Below, piece after piece: positions 1-9,231 of a stretch of 64,000 bases of DNA. Under the pieces are notes generated by a model. It ran no database searches. It was given only the letters and a program-made list of their open reading frames with translations, and was not told the DNA's origin. Both the position numbers and the translations under genes were made by a program. Location: positions 248,001 through 312,000 of the IMG/VR virus record IMGVR_UViG_3300038424_000251; one strand, 5' to 3'. How positions within the stretch are numbered: position 1 is the stretch's first letter; each line of letters opens with the position of its first letter.

Positions 1-75
1 AATTTGACAAGGGATTTTGGCCGTGATGAGTGAAGCTTGACATTTCTCAAAACAAATGTAAACTGATTTTACAAT

Positions 76-327
76 ATGAAAAAAGTTTACGTTGTAGCAT
101 GGGAAAGCAGGGACGGTAACGGGGTTGAATGGTATCATACACCCGAAGCTGCTGACAAAGCTTTTCACGAAGAAAAGAAAAATTGTGAAATTTTCCGCAG
201 TCGTAATTGGGCAGCTTATCGTTTTGATTTTCCAACAATAATGTCATGTCGCCGGATGATTTCCCATGATGTTGAATGTAACTATCTTAACCATTTGATG
301 TTACCGACAACGATTAAATACCCCTAA
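76..327 (+). CDS. early hypothetical protein
   Basis: ORF directly after promoter at 37. Confidence 0.75.
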   Translation: MKKVYVVAWESRDGNGVEWYHTPEAADKAFHEEKKNCEIFRSRNWAAYRFDFPTIMSCRRMISHDVECNYLNHLMLPTTIKYP

Positions 328-372
328 CAAAGCTTGACATTTGTTAAAACAATTGTATCATGTCATCACAAT

Positions 373-810
373 ATGACAAACACAATTGAATTAAACAAAA
401 ATTTCTTCTTCGGTGGTAACGCAACTTTCACTGTTGAATCAGACGTGACTCACGCGTGGCGAACGTATAAAATTCGCCGCTTCAAGAAAACCGAACGGTT
501 TCATAATCCTTCTTATGGTGTCTTTTTGTTGGCCGGTCCTGACAACGAAAATAGTTACGCGTATATCGGAATGGTTGACAAGGCCACCGGTTTCTTCCGC
601 CTGACATCCAAAAGCAAACGAAATGAAAATTCCTCCGATGTCATTATCTTTAAGTGGGTTATGCAAGGTGTATTTAACGGAATGACGTTAAAAAATGGAA
701 CGATTCACCATGAAGGGAAATGTGGCTGCTGTGGCCGCACTCTAACAGTCCCGGAATCAATTCGCCGTGGTATCGGACCAGAATGTTGGTCAAGGATTTA
801 CGGGGCTTGA
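373..810 (+). CDS. DUF6011-like Zn-finger protein
   Basis: C-terminal CGCCGRTLTVPESIRRGIGPEC; start moved to ATG 373 because the track's TTG start is the -35 box. Confidence 0.75.
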   Translation: MTNTIELNKNFFFGGNATFTVESDVTHAWRTYKIRRFKKTERFHNPSYGVFLLAGPDNENSYAYIGMVDKATGFFRLTSKSKRNENSSDVIIFKWVMQGVFNGMTLKNGTIHHEGKCGCCGRTLTVPESIRRGIGPECWSRIYGA

Positions 811-850
811 CAGAAACAATTTTTTTGGTAAATTGATATTAAATAAAATT

Positions 851-1249
851 ATGGGTAAAATCATTGTTACAAATCCGTTTAATCAAATTGACGAAATGTT
901 TAAGGATTATGTTCGCCCAGCGGAATATAATCAGCCGTTTGATTACTTAATGGCTGTTTGTGGTCGTATTGATTCACCCGGTCCACGGGATGAACGGTGG
1001 GAATACATTCGTGACGCAGGAATGGGATTGATTGAAAGAGTGTTGAAACGTCAACCGATTGGTGCAGGACCACATTATTTTGTTTTTCCTGACCGTTGGA
1101 TGGTACCCGGAGAAGCAATGGAGTTTGAATGTGCATTGCAGGAAAATCCCGACGCGAAAAAGTTCAAACGTGTTTATGTTGTGACGCATCAACCTTATCT
1201 TGTTAGTGGATGTTTACGAGAACAATGTCGAATTGTTCGGAAGGCTTGA
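851..1249 (+). CDS. early hypothetical protein
   Basis: ATG after promoter 807; stop overlaps the next -35. Confidence 0.7.
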   Translation: MGKIIVTNPFNQIDEMFKDYVRPAEYNQPFDYLMAVCGRIDSPGPRDERWEYIRDAGMGLIERVLKRQPIGAGPHYFVFPDRWMVPGEAMEFECALQENPDAKKFKRVYVVTHQPYLVSGCLREQCRIVRKA

Positions 1250-1284
1250 CATTTCTAAAAAGAAATATAAACTACCATCACAAT

Positions 1285-1593
1285 ATGATTAACGTCACTC
1301 TTGAAACGCCCGAATTCAAATCATGGATGCAGGGCATCATCGATAAAAACAGGGCCTACATGGCCGCAAGTTTTCCATCATTGGATGTGCCCACAATAAC
1401 GGCTACCGAAGGCAGTCGATATATTCGTGTCATGCGAGACAATTCCGCTCATGCTTTCATTGACCGCACCAACGGCGACGTGCTTAAACCGGCATCATGG
1501 AAAGCACCCGCCAAACACGCAAGAGGCAACATTTTTGATACTTTTAACGGATTGGGCAGCATGGGACCTTATGGACCGGCGTATCTTCGTTGA
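1285..1593 (+). CDS. conserved phage early protein (KPASWKAPAKHARGNI family)
   Basis: motif AFID..NGDVLKPASWKAPAKHARGNI seen in myophage hypotheticals. Confidence 0.75.
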   Translation: MINVTLETPEFKSWMQGIIDKNRAYMAASFPSLDVPTITATEGSRYIRVMRDNSAHAFIDRTNGDVLKPASWKAPAKHARGNIFDTFNGLGSMGPYGPAYLR

Positions 1594-1762
1594 AAGACGA
1601 AGGCTTGACATTTCTTAAAACAATGGTAAAATTTTCTTACAATAAAGTTTGAGGCCGACTGAAAAGCGCCAAGAGTAAGGGACCAGAGAGTGCGTTGATT
1701 ACTTTATCGTTAAAAAGTGACGCTTGACATTTTCTAAAACTAATATAAATTGTTACTACAAT

Positions 1763-1951
1763 ATGAAAAAACACAAATATTTTGTTCTCGTTGAGGAATC
1801 TGAGTCAATTCCTTCTCCCAAAATTTACGAAATTACAAGCAACGTTCCTCTTATAGAAGAACAAATTGAAAACGTCTTAGTTGATAACAACATTTCTTTT
1901 GTTGACAGCACTTTTCAAATTGTTGACGCCCCAATAAAAATTGAGGCTTGA
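1763..1951 (+). CDS. early hypothetical protein
   Basis: ATG 39 nt after TTG 1724. Confidence 0.7.
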   Translation: MKKHKYFVLVEESESIPSPKIYEITSNVPLIEEQIENVLVDNNISFVDSTFQIVDAPIKIEA

Positions 1952-1986
1952 CATTTCTTAAAAGTAATATAAACTACCGGCACGAT

Positions 1987-2244
1987 ATGACAAAAACATA
2001 TATTCACGAAAACGTTACCTACGGAGCCGCAGGGCGCCGCTGGAAATTCACCGCACCAAATTACGAATACGTTACGCCGCTTATGCCCGGTGGTCGGGCA
2101 ACGGCTGACAAAGTGGCACGCATCATCAATGGTGCTGTGAAACGGTCTGGCACGATGGATAATCTTGGCCGAGTCAATATGCACAAAGTATTTCACGATG
2201 CTGCCAAAGTTCAATCTCGCATCGTCAATCACCTTGACGATTGA
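1987..2244 (+). CDS. early hypothetical protein
   Basis: ATG 39 nt after TTG 1948. Confidence 0.7.
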   Translation: MTKTYIHENVTYGAAGRRWKFTAPNYEYVTPLMPGGRATADKVARIINGAVKRSGTMDNLGRVNMHKVFHDAAKVQSRIVNHLDD

Positions 2245-2281
2245 CGCTTGACAAATTCTAAAACAAGTATAAAATACCATT

Positions 2282-2482
2282 ATGATTTGCCACTACTGTC
2301 AAACTGAATACGACGAAAACGAACGTTGTTGCCCTATGTGTCACCGCACTCCGAGTGACAAAACCGGCGCCGGTAACGGATTGAAACCGAAACCTGTGAC
2401 TGTCAGAATTTCCGGTTTTCCTTTGAAAACCAATGTTTCGCCTAATCCCCCGAATCCGCAACATCGGTTCCACAAGGCTTGA
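2282..2482 (+). CDS. small Zn-ribbon protein
   Basis: CHYC...CPMC; follows promoter 2248. Confidence 0.65.
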   Translation: MICHYCQTEYDENERCCPMCHRTPSDKTGAGNGLKPKPVTVRISGFPLKTNVSPNPPNPQHRFHKA

Positions 2483-2547
2483 CAATTTTTAAAACAAATA
2501 TAAACTGTTTTTGTTGGTTGAAACAAACATAAACAAAAACACAAAAT

Positions 2548-3105
2548 ATGACAAACTTAGTCGCAGAAATTACAAAGGCTCTGACGGCCATTAAAGGAAA
2601 CCAGTTTGTTTCCATTACCTACTTGGCAAAGAAAAGTGGGGAATTGGCCCGTCACACTATCAATGTCGGGTTTTCCTACCACCGAGCGGTTGAAAAATCC
2701 GTTACTGAACTGGAAATTCTCACGGCGGAAAACTCCGCAACGTGGAATGAATTAACCAAACAGGCAGCCGCAAATGTCATGGCCAGCCTCAAAAAGACTC
2801 TGGAGGCACACGCCCGCGGGGAACAAAACGAAGATTACACGAAAAGGGGCCAATACATTCCGATTGGTAACGGCGTGAACTTGAACACCGCCGACAATAC
2901 AATTCAACTTTTCGGATTGTCTCACGCAAAAACGGTATTGGTTGAAGGGATTTACCCGACAGTGAACAGCCGGCCGCTGACGATTGAACAAAACAAAATC
3001 CGCAATATGCTAACCGTCAGCAAGTTCCGCGAGTTCGCTCTTGACTCGTCACAAATCGCACAAGTCAAAGTGAACGGCGACACTTTGGAATTGGTAAGTC
3101 GGTAA
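2548..3105 (+). CDS. early hypothetical protein
   Basis: 185-aa ORF with A-rich leader, followed by a strong hairpin. Confidence 0.8.
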   Translation: MTNLVAEITKALTAIKGNQFVSITYLAKKSGELARHTINVGFSYHRAVEKSVTELEILTAENSATWNELTKQAAANVMASLKKTLEAHARGEQNEDYTKRGQYIPIGNGVNLNTADNTIQLFGLSHAKTVLVEGIYPTVNSRPLTIEQNKIRNMLTVSKFREFALDSSQIAQVKVNGDTLELVSR

Positions 3106-3121
3106 GTTGGTCATATTGTGG

Positions 3122-3153
3122 GAGTTAGGTGGGCTTCGGCTCACCTGACTCTT
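3122..3153 (+). terminator. 13-bp UUCG hairpin (terminator/stabiliser)
   Basis: gagttaggtgggc-ttcg-gctcacctgactc; weak U tract. Confidence 0.55.
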
Positions 3154-3328
3154 GCGGTTGTTTTCAGATAACGTTAAAGGAATCACCGCAGACTCCAGTC
3201 CCCTACTCTCCGGCATCTTTCAGCCACATCGTTTATTATGAGAAAATAATAACATAACTTTAAAAATTGTCAAGCGTTGACAGTGAGGCTTGACAAATTG
3301 AATTTTTCATATAAACTACAATCACAAT

Positions 3329-3484
3329 ATGAAAATACTTTACAATTACTGGCGACAATCATTTAAACATCCATCCCTTACAAGGGAACAACTCCGAAAC
3401 ATTGCGAGGATTGCTAATGTTTCAAGGGGCCGGAACACCAAGGACACAATCGCAAATCTCAAAGTAGCCAGTATCATTGTGTGA
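3329..3484 (+). CDS. small early hypothetical protein (not in ORF track)
   Basis: ATG 39 nt after TTG 3290; MKILYNYWRQ... Confidence 0.6.
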   Translation: MKILYNYWRQSFKHPSLTREQLRNIARIANVSRGRNTKDTIANLKVASIIV

Positions 3485-3526
3485 CGCTTGACATTTGCTA
3501 AAAGAAATGTAAACTTCCATCACAAT

Positions 3527-3841
3527 ATGAAAAGAAAATCTGTTATTTGTAAATCTGGTTTGATGGGATGGCAAGGGAAACTACAAGACCAGTATAAAGA
3601 CTTTACTGAATTTGAATCCTTTTGTCGCATTTACAATAATCACATACAGCTTGGTTACAAGACGCCGGCTTCGGCTTGGCGTGCCAATCCAACCATTCAA
3701 GGTTCAACAAATCCGTCTGACTATCGGAAAGTCGAAAAGACATATCACTGTCAAAACGAAGAGTGTGGTGAACAAGTTTCAAAAACAACGTGGTATAAAT
3801 ATCAGGGATTATGTCCGGAGTGTTTCAGTTTCACTGACTGA
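3527..3841 (+). CDS. early protein with C-terminal Zn finger
   Basis: CQNEEC...CPEC; ATG 39 nt after TTG 3488. Confidence 0.7.
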   Translation: MKRKSVICKSGLMGWQGKLQDQYKDFTEFESFCRIYNNHIQLGYKTPASAWRANPTIQGSTNPSDYRKVEKTYHCQNEECGEQVSKTTWYKYQGLCPECFSFTD

Positions 3842-3962
3842 CACGCTTGACATTTCTTGAATGTTTGATAAATTCAACTCACAATGACAATACGATTTTA
3901 CATTGAACGAAGTACCAACATGGTTCGCATGTCAGTGCGGTTCTACAAACGAAAGTAATGTT

Positions 3963-4205
3963 ATGGAAAACTACACTTTTATTGCTTTGGACCAAGAACC
4001 TGTAAAATGTAACTCCTTCAAGGAAGCTTTTACCGCTATGTTCAATTGGGTTCAAAAACACTTAAACGGTGAAGGTTTATCATATCAAGTGTTGGAAACT
4101 GCTATTTGGATTGAAATAAACGGTCGACCACTTTACTTTTACGATGCCCGTGATAGAGCCATTGACGAGAATATTCTCAAAGATGGAAAACTTATAGAAA
4201 CTTGA
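3963..4205 (+). CDS. early hypothetical protein
   Basis: ATG 3963; stop overlaps -35 at 4202. Confidence 0.6.
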   Translation: MENYTFIALDQEPVKCNSFKEAFTAMFNWVQKHLNGEGLSYQVLETAIWIEINGRPLYFYDARDRAIDENILKDGKLIET

Positions 4206-4237
4206 CAACCCTACAAAAGTCAAGTAAATTTGGTCCT

Positions 4238-4456
4238 ATGAAGGTAAAAATCATAGGGCCTAATCAATCGGAATTGGTAATGGGCAATAAAACTGTTCTT
4301 TTTTCTTACTCAATTCCAGTTGCTGCAAAGGTTGGTAACAAATTTTATAGAACTAACAAATTTCACAGCAAAACTATCAATCATCATATCAATCAATGGC
4401 TAAAAGGTTGCGCTGAACACCGTTCTCAATCATGGTTCAATCAGTTAGTGGAATAA
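4238..4456 (+). CDS. conserved small phage protein
   Basis: VLFSY..PVAA...SKTI.HHIN.WL motif. Confidence 0.7.
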   Translation: MKVKIIGPNQSELVMGNKTVLFSYSIPVAAKVGNKFYRTNKFHSKTINHHINQWLKGCAEHRSQSWFNQLVE

Positions 4457-4504
4457 AACAGTGACGCTTGACAAAGTTCTATTGTGGTATAAATTACAAA
4501 TACT

Positions 4505-4717
4505 ATGAATCCTTTTTTAATTGGAGCTACCATTCTTGTTTGGTGTTTATTCTTATTCGCCTATCTGTTGTCGGCGATAACAAATGGAAAAAATAATTAC
4601 ATTTGTGACGCATTCATTTTTCTTGTCATTGGTATTTTTTTGACAATTGCTTGTGGTGCTTCGTGGCAACATTTGCATGACACGCCACAACTACCTGCTA
4701 TTGAACAACATAAGTAA
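4505..4717 (+). CDS. small membrane protein (2 TM)
   Basis: two hydrophobic segments; follows promoter 4468. Confidence 0.7.
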   Translation: MNPFLIGATILVWCLFLFAYLLSAITNGKNNYICDAFIFLVIGIFLTIACGASWQHLHDTPQLPAIEQHK

Positions 4718-4763
4718 CGAGGCTTGACGGATTTTTAATGTGGTGTAAACTTTACGCCACAAT

Positions 4764-5102
4764 ATGAAAGATTTTACTACTGCCATTGACGAATTACTCC
4801 AATTTCTCACTGAAAATCCCACACTTTCACACCAACGGCGTGCTCTCGGGACCAATGGAAAATTGGCCGATGTTGAAACGGTGGATAACTGGATTGGAGA
4901 AAAACTTTCCGAAGCTAGTTCAACTTTACTTGACCAAATTCATCAAGAAATTTTTGAGTCTTTACCACAAGAAAGAAAAGACGCAATCATATCTGAAACC
5001 AAAGAATCAATCCCCGTGGATACAAGTGGCAAACCTGAATTGACGCCTGCTTATCTCCGTTCAATAGGTCGCTTAGACTTACTTGAATGGGGAACAGATT
5101 AA
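4764..5102 (+). CDS. early hypothetical protein
   Basis: follows promoter 4724. Confidence 0.75.
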   Translation: MKDFTTAIDELLQFLTENPTLSHQRRALGTNGKLADVETVDNWIGEKLSEASSTLLDQIHQEIFESLPQERKDAIISETKESIPVDTSGKPELTPAYLRSIGRLDLLEWGTD

Positions 5103-5142
5103 GAACGCTTGACATTTCTTAAAATAATGGTAGGTTAATACC

Positions 5143-5376
5143 ATGAAAAAAATCCGATATATTTATTGGGTATCACTTAGCGAGATACTTTGCCGTGAGT
5201 CGGAAAATCCTAAACTATTCCAGTACTTCAGTGGTTCAGCGTGGTATAATTCAATCGCTAACTATCGAATACATCCTGATAGTTTCACCCGTATTTCCAG
5301 AAAAGAAGCAATGAAAAGATACACTGATGCTTTCTCTGCTATAGTTCGTTCACAACGTCATTTAGAGAACGCTTGA
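5143..5376 (+). CDS. early hypothetical protein
   Basis: follows promoter 5109; stop lies in the next -35. Confidence 0.7.
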   Translation: MKKIRYIYWVSLSEILCRESENPKLFQYFSGSAWYNSIANYRIHPDSFTRISRKEAMKRYTDAFSAIVRSQRHLENA

Positions 5377-5406
5377 CTTTCTATAAACATTTGGTAAGTT
5401 AAAGAT

Positions 5407-5694
5407 ATGAAATTTTTCACTATTACCAACGTAGATTTTGCTCAAATTCTTCGAGATTTCCGCAACTACGGAACACCGCATAGCAATCTCCTTCATTCCT
5501 TTGGAAATTTTCATTTGGCCATATCCAATGACCGTGAAGTGTATCATTTGTTTTTCCATTGTGCTGAATTTTATTTCATCATGGAATACATTTACAAAAT
5601 GGAACTGGTACAAGTCGAAGGTGATGTTGAACAATTCAGTTTACAGATGAGCAGACATTTCCCATCGGTTCACATAACACCGTCGAAGGCTTGA
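5407..5694 (+). CDS. early hypothetical protein
   Basis: follows promoter 5373. Confidence 0.7.
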   Translation: MKFFTITNVDFAQILRDFRNYGTPHSNLLHSFGNFHLAISNDREVYHLFFHCAEFYFIMEYIYKMELVQVEGDVEQFSLQMSRHFPSVHITPSKA

Positions 5695-5724
5695 CCTTCA
5701 ATAAAACTTTGGTAAATTGATTAT

Positions 5725-6078
5725 ATGATTATTCCACTCACTTTGAATGAAGAGAAATTCAGTGGAAGGCTATGGTCAAAAGGATTTCTAGCATTTTGTG
5801 ATTCCGTTCTCTCCAAGCTCGGCGCAAGGGGTAGAAGTTGCCGGTTGATAGTTCGCCTCAAAAATCCAAAAAATAAAGGGTTCACCAAAGTTCGTTTACA
5901 GCGTTCCACATCTGGAGATTATTGGAAGTGGTTCATTGACTCCGAACCATTCGCGTCACTTTTTCCATGTCATTCCTGTATTCATTATTTTCATGGCAGA
6001 GTCGTGGACAAACTTATCAATGAAACTTGTCCCAGCGCTATTGAAAATACGGTATGGGTACGAATTGAGAACGCTTGA
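5725..6078 (+). CDS. early hypothetical protein
   Basis: follows promoter 5691. Confidence 0.7.
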   Translation: MIIPLTLNEEKFSGRLWSKGFLAFCDSVLSKLGARGRSCRLIVRLKNPKNKGFTKVRLQRSTSGDYWKWFIDSEPFASLFPCHSCIHYFHGRVVDKLINETCPSAIENTVWVRIENA

Positions 6079-6108
6079 CATTTCTTAAATAAACGGTAAA
6101 CTACTTTT

Positions 6109-6267
6109 ATGAACAGATTATTTCCTAACAACGATGATTTTGATAAGTCATTCAACCGCGCCAGAAACTTCATCATCGCCATTTGGATAATCGGTGTCAT
6201 CGGTTCACTGCCTCTTGTTGGTGCTGGTATCTATGTTGCTATTCACTTTCTTAGTAAAGTGTGGTAA
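6109..6267 (+). CDS. small membrane protein (not in ORF track)
   Basis: MNRLFPNNDD...IIAIWIIGVIGSLPLVGAGIYVAIHFLSKVW after promoter 6075. Confidence 0.6.
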   Translation: MNRLFPNNDDFDKSFNRARNFIIAIWIIGVIGSLPLVGAGIYVAIHFLSKVW

Positions 6268-6272
6268 ACCTT

Positions 6273-6593
6273 ATGGCAAGAATAGTTCTGACAGCAAAAT
6301 CCCGTCAAACACTCAAAGAACTTGGATTTGAAGAAGTTCATTCAGGTTCAGCAATGGGTGGATGGTTTGGTGACGTTTACATACTTGTTTGGGAAAACGG
6401 AACATCATACGTTACTATTCGTGGCGGTAAGCAGGTTAAATTTGAGCTAACCGAATATTGGATTCCTTCGGTAAAGTATATGGCTTATCACGCCTTACGT
6501 CAAGAAATTGGCAGAATGCGTGAAGAAATTGACCGTGTTGAAACATTGTCAGACAGGTTTTTCAAGAAAACCATATTAAACTTAAAGGCTTGA
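6273..6593 (+). CDS. early hypothetical protein
   Basis: ATG 6273; stop lies in -35 at 6590. Confidence 0.7.
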   Translation: MARIVLTAKSRQTLKELGFEEVHSGSAMGGWFGDVYILVWENGTSYVTIRGGKQVKFELTEYWIPSVKYMAYHALRQEIGRMREEIDRVETLSDRFFKKTILNLKA

Positions 6594-6650
6594 CTTTCTA
6601 TAAATATTCGATAAACTGTCTTTGTTAGTTAAAACAAACAATAACACAAT

Positions 6651-6839
6651 ATGGCAAAGACATACACCAGCAAACTTACAGCCGGTAAAGATACCATAAC
6701 GACTACCGTTCGCAAAACCAAGACGTTCATTTATATCCAAAATGAATTGAACGGAAGACGGTTAGGAGAACAAGGTATCCGATTGGAAAACTTTCGTAAA
6801 GAACCTTGGAGATTTGGTTCACCTTCTTCCACCAAGTAA
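6651..6839 (+). CDS. small basic hypothetical protein
   Basis: A-rich leader like that of gene 2548. Confidence 0.65.
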   Translation: MAKTYTSKLTAGKDTITTTVRKTKTFIYIQNELNGRRLGEQGIRLENFRKEPWRFGSPSSTK

Positions 6840-6848
6840 TAACACCAT

Positions 6849-6993
6849 AAGCCCTAGCCTACGCGGGCTGGGCTTATTAGGTTGACTTAACCACCCCATT
6901 ACCCCACCCTAGCAGGTGTGGGGTGCCCTTCTGATCATGGGGATCAAAAGGGGGCTGCTACCCCGCGCATGTTAGTCTGCGACGGGAACTCCA
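6849..6993. other. GC-rich hairpin cluster at a compositional boundary
   Basis: ataagccctagcct..gggctgggcttat and runs of C and G; no ORF. Confidence 0.55.
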
Positions 6994-7148
6994 TTTTTTC
7001 TTAAGAAATAAAATACGTATTTACATGCGCTTTATATTCTCATGTGCTTTACACACAACAAAACTCTTAACACAATTTTAGCTCTTATAATGTCGGAAAG
7101 CACAAAAGAACTTGACAATTTAAGCATTTTCCTGTATCATATAAAAAT

Positions 7149-7385
7149 ATGAACTGTCTTTGTTATATGTTAAAATTGTGTATATTCCTTATAATTGCTT
7201 GTTGCTTAGTTCCTTTAGCATTAGGCATATTCCTCTTCTTTGGTGTTCTGGGAATAATTCTTTGCTTTACTCCATTATTACCACTTGGTATTTTGTCAAT
7301 TTTCTTGGCTTATTCGATGGTAATAGGAATATGGGCTATTTTAGCCAACTTGTTTTTTTACTTATTTAAACTTAACACAACATAA
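7149..7385 (+). CDS. hydrophobic membrane protein
   Basis: follows promoter 7112; almost entirely hydrophobic. Confidence 0.6.
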   Translation: MNCLCYMLKLCIFLIIACCLVPLALGIFLFFGVLGIILCFTPLLPLGILSIFLAYSMVIGIWAILANLFFYLFKLNTT

Positions 7386-7427
<42 letters not shown>

Positions 7428-7433
7428 ACACAA

Positions 7434-7961
7434 ATGGCATTTATAAAAAAAGAATTTTATGATTATGACTTTCCTTTGTGGATTGGCAAAAACCAGAGTT
7501 GTAATAATAAGATAATGGAATGTATATGTCATGCATGGCATAATAAAAATAGGAAAGATGACCTGACAAAAGTTCTTGATGGTTTTGATATATTTTGTAG
7601 GCTTCATTTAAATCATGATGATAAATTTTTTATTAGAGGAAATGATGTGTCTTCACACACATATTATCTTCAATTGATTCATTTTGGTATTTTTCCAAGA
7701 GATGGCGGGCGAATTATAAGTTCTCCGTTACTTGTAAGATTGAAAATTATCTCAACTATTCCAGAGATATACCATCAGATAAACAATGATGGTTTCTTTT
7801 ATGTTACCGGCGATGCAGAGCTTGAGAATGTGTCCAATAATAATACTACTGTTGTATTTTTGGAAAATAATCATATAACTGATTTCAGGGTTGATTCCCT
7901 TTGTTATATAAATGACACAATTGTATCAAATCAGGAACAAGTTCTTTTGTCCAATAAGTAA
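7434..7961 (+). CDS. hypothetical protein (paralog 1)
   Basis: C-terminal FFYVTGDAELE..HITDFRVDSLCYIN resembles the next gene. Confidence 0.75.
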   Translation: MAFIKKEFYDYDFPLWIGKNQSCNNKIMECICHAWHNKNRKDDLTKVLDGFDIFCRLHLNHDDKFFIRGNDVSSHTYYLQLIHFGIFPRDGGRIISSPLLVRLKIISTIPEIYHQINNDGFFYVTGDAELENVSNNNTTVVFLENNHITDFRVDSLCYINDTIVSNQEQVLLSNK

Positions 7962-7966
7962 ATTTT

Positions 7967-8704
7967 ATGAAAGTATCACCATCCGCAAAATTTTACAAAT
8001 ATTATCAGGTTATGTCACTAAAAAATGATGCAGATAAAGCTTTTTTTGATGATTTTGATGATGATTATAAAGATTTGTCCGTATCTCGTCCTTCAAGTTG
8101 GCCTTACCGTAGTTTGATTTCACAGTCAGTAGCAAAAGCAGCAAAGGATGAAGCAGCAGTTGTCGGGGCAACTCAACCACAACCAAAGGTTCAAAAACCG
8201 AATGTAATTCCTATAATGTTTGATGTAATCATTGGAAGTCCCAAACAAAACAATAACAACAATAAAAATTTTGTTGTCAATTCTTCTGATAAACTCCTTT
8301 ATTTGTCATTTAACCGTTATGTGATTCAAACAGCAATTAAGACATTTAATGATAATATTAAAAAGTATTATAACCAAACACTTCCCCGATTCATTATTAA
8401 GAGTGGTTGTGTTTCTTTGAATACCGGAAAAGATATTGAATTGTTATTTTATGGTTTAATATTTGATGATATTAAAATAACCGCTTCATTTATCTATTAC
8501 GATGATGCCTATGATGAATTTAATACTATAGAAAGTCTTAACATTTTGAATGAAATCAACCGAACTTGTGAATTTTTCATCTTGGGTGAATATGAATTGG
8601 ATGAAACAGAAGAGCACATAACCGACATGAAAATCGAATCTTTTGGTTATGTCAACCGAATTAGGAATATAAGGGAACAATTATATAAACAAAATGAATG
8701 GTAA
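7967..8704 (+). CDS. hypothetical protein (paralog 2)
   Basis: FFILGEYELDE..HITDMKIESFGYVN. Confidence 0.8.
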   Translation: MKVSPSAKFYKYYQVMSLKNDADKAFFDDFDDDYKDLSVSRPSSWPYRSLISQSVAKAAKDEAAVVGATQPQPKVQKPNVIPIMFDVIIGSPKQNNNNNKNFVVNSSDKLLYLSFNRYVIQTAIKTFNDNIKKYYNQTLPRFIIKSGCVSLNTGKDIELLFYGLIFDDIKITASFIYYDDAYDEFNTIESLNILNEINRTCEFFILGEYELDETEEHITDMKIESFGYVNRIRNIREQLYKQNEW

Positions 8705-9218
8705 ATTTTTAACCACTATAACCGAAGTCCGGATTGGTAACAATGGACAACCGAACTTTTACATAACCGGAAAAAATGAAGCAATCGTAAAGCAAGCTTT
8801 AAAAGAGTTTACCGACAAAATGTTTGACACGCCTTGTGTTCATTATTATGTAAAAATTGACCAAACGGATTGTATCTTGGATTCTGTGGAATTGGCAGGA
8901 TGTGTAATATGGGCAAGTCTGCGATATTATACCATTGAAAAAGACAGTGAGGATGACAAATCTCTTGAAGAATCATTATTTGAAGAATCTTTGAGGCGTG
9001 GTGCATTGTTTTTAGGATGTGAATATGAATTTGACAGTGGAGAATATGTCAGTCCTCAATATTTGGGATTACCCAATGAGGATATGGAACGCATGTGTAT
9101 AAGCGATCAGTTAAATTTCATAAAATTCCATATGTTGTATTATTACAGTTATCCCACTTCACTTAATATTTCTGGTTATAGAAAAACAATTTATAGGATT
9201 CCTGAATTCAAGAGTTAA
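8694..9218 (+). CDS. hypothetical protein (possible paralog 3)
   Basis: overlapping start; ASLRYY and FLGCEYEFD segments echo gene 7967. Confidence 0.75.
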   Translation: MNGKFLTTITEVRIGNNGQPNFYITGKNEAIVKQALKEFTDKMFDTPCVHYYVKIDQTDCILDSVELAGCVIWASLRYYTIEKDSEDDKSLEESLFEESLRRGALFLGCEYEFDSGEYVSPQYLGLPNEDMERMCISDQLNFIKFHMLYYYSYPTSLNISGYRKTIYRIPEFKS

Positions 9219-9231
9219 ACTATTTTAATAT

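Larger units (their letters stand above)
35..6620 (+). promoter_or_regulatory. Array of ~20 sigma70-type early promoters GCTTGAC(A)-N16-TAnnnT
   Basis: TTGAC at 37, 334, 807, 1246, 1605, 1724, 1948, 2248, 2479, 3290, 3488, 3847, 4202, 4468, 4724, 5109, 5373, 5691, 6075, 6590, followed by TAAACT/TATCAT/TAAATT-type boxes; the ATG is often 39 nt after the TTG. Confidence 0.9.

Noticed and set aside
334-4237. ORF-track N-termini MTFVK/MTFSK/MTFLK/MTFAK/MTTLQ as a shared peptide motif
   Set aside because: Artefact: these TTG starts are the -35 boxes of promoters, in frame with the true ATG 36-39 nt downstream.
35-6620. CRISPR or integron-type array
   Set aside because: The repeats are degenerate promoters separated by whole genes; there are no constant-length spacers, attC hairpins, cas or integrase genes.
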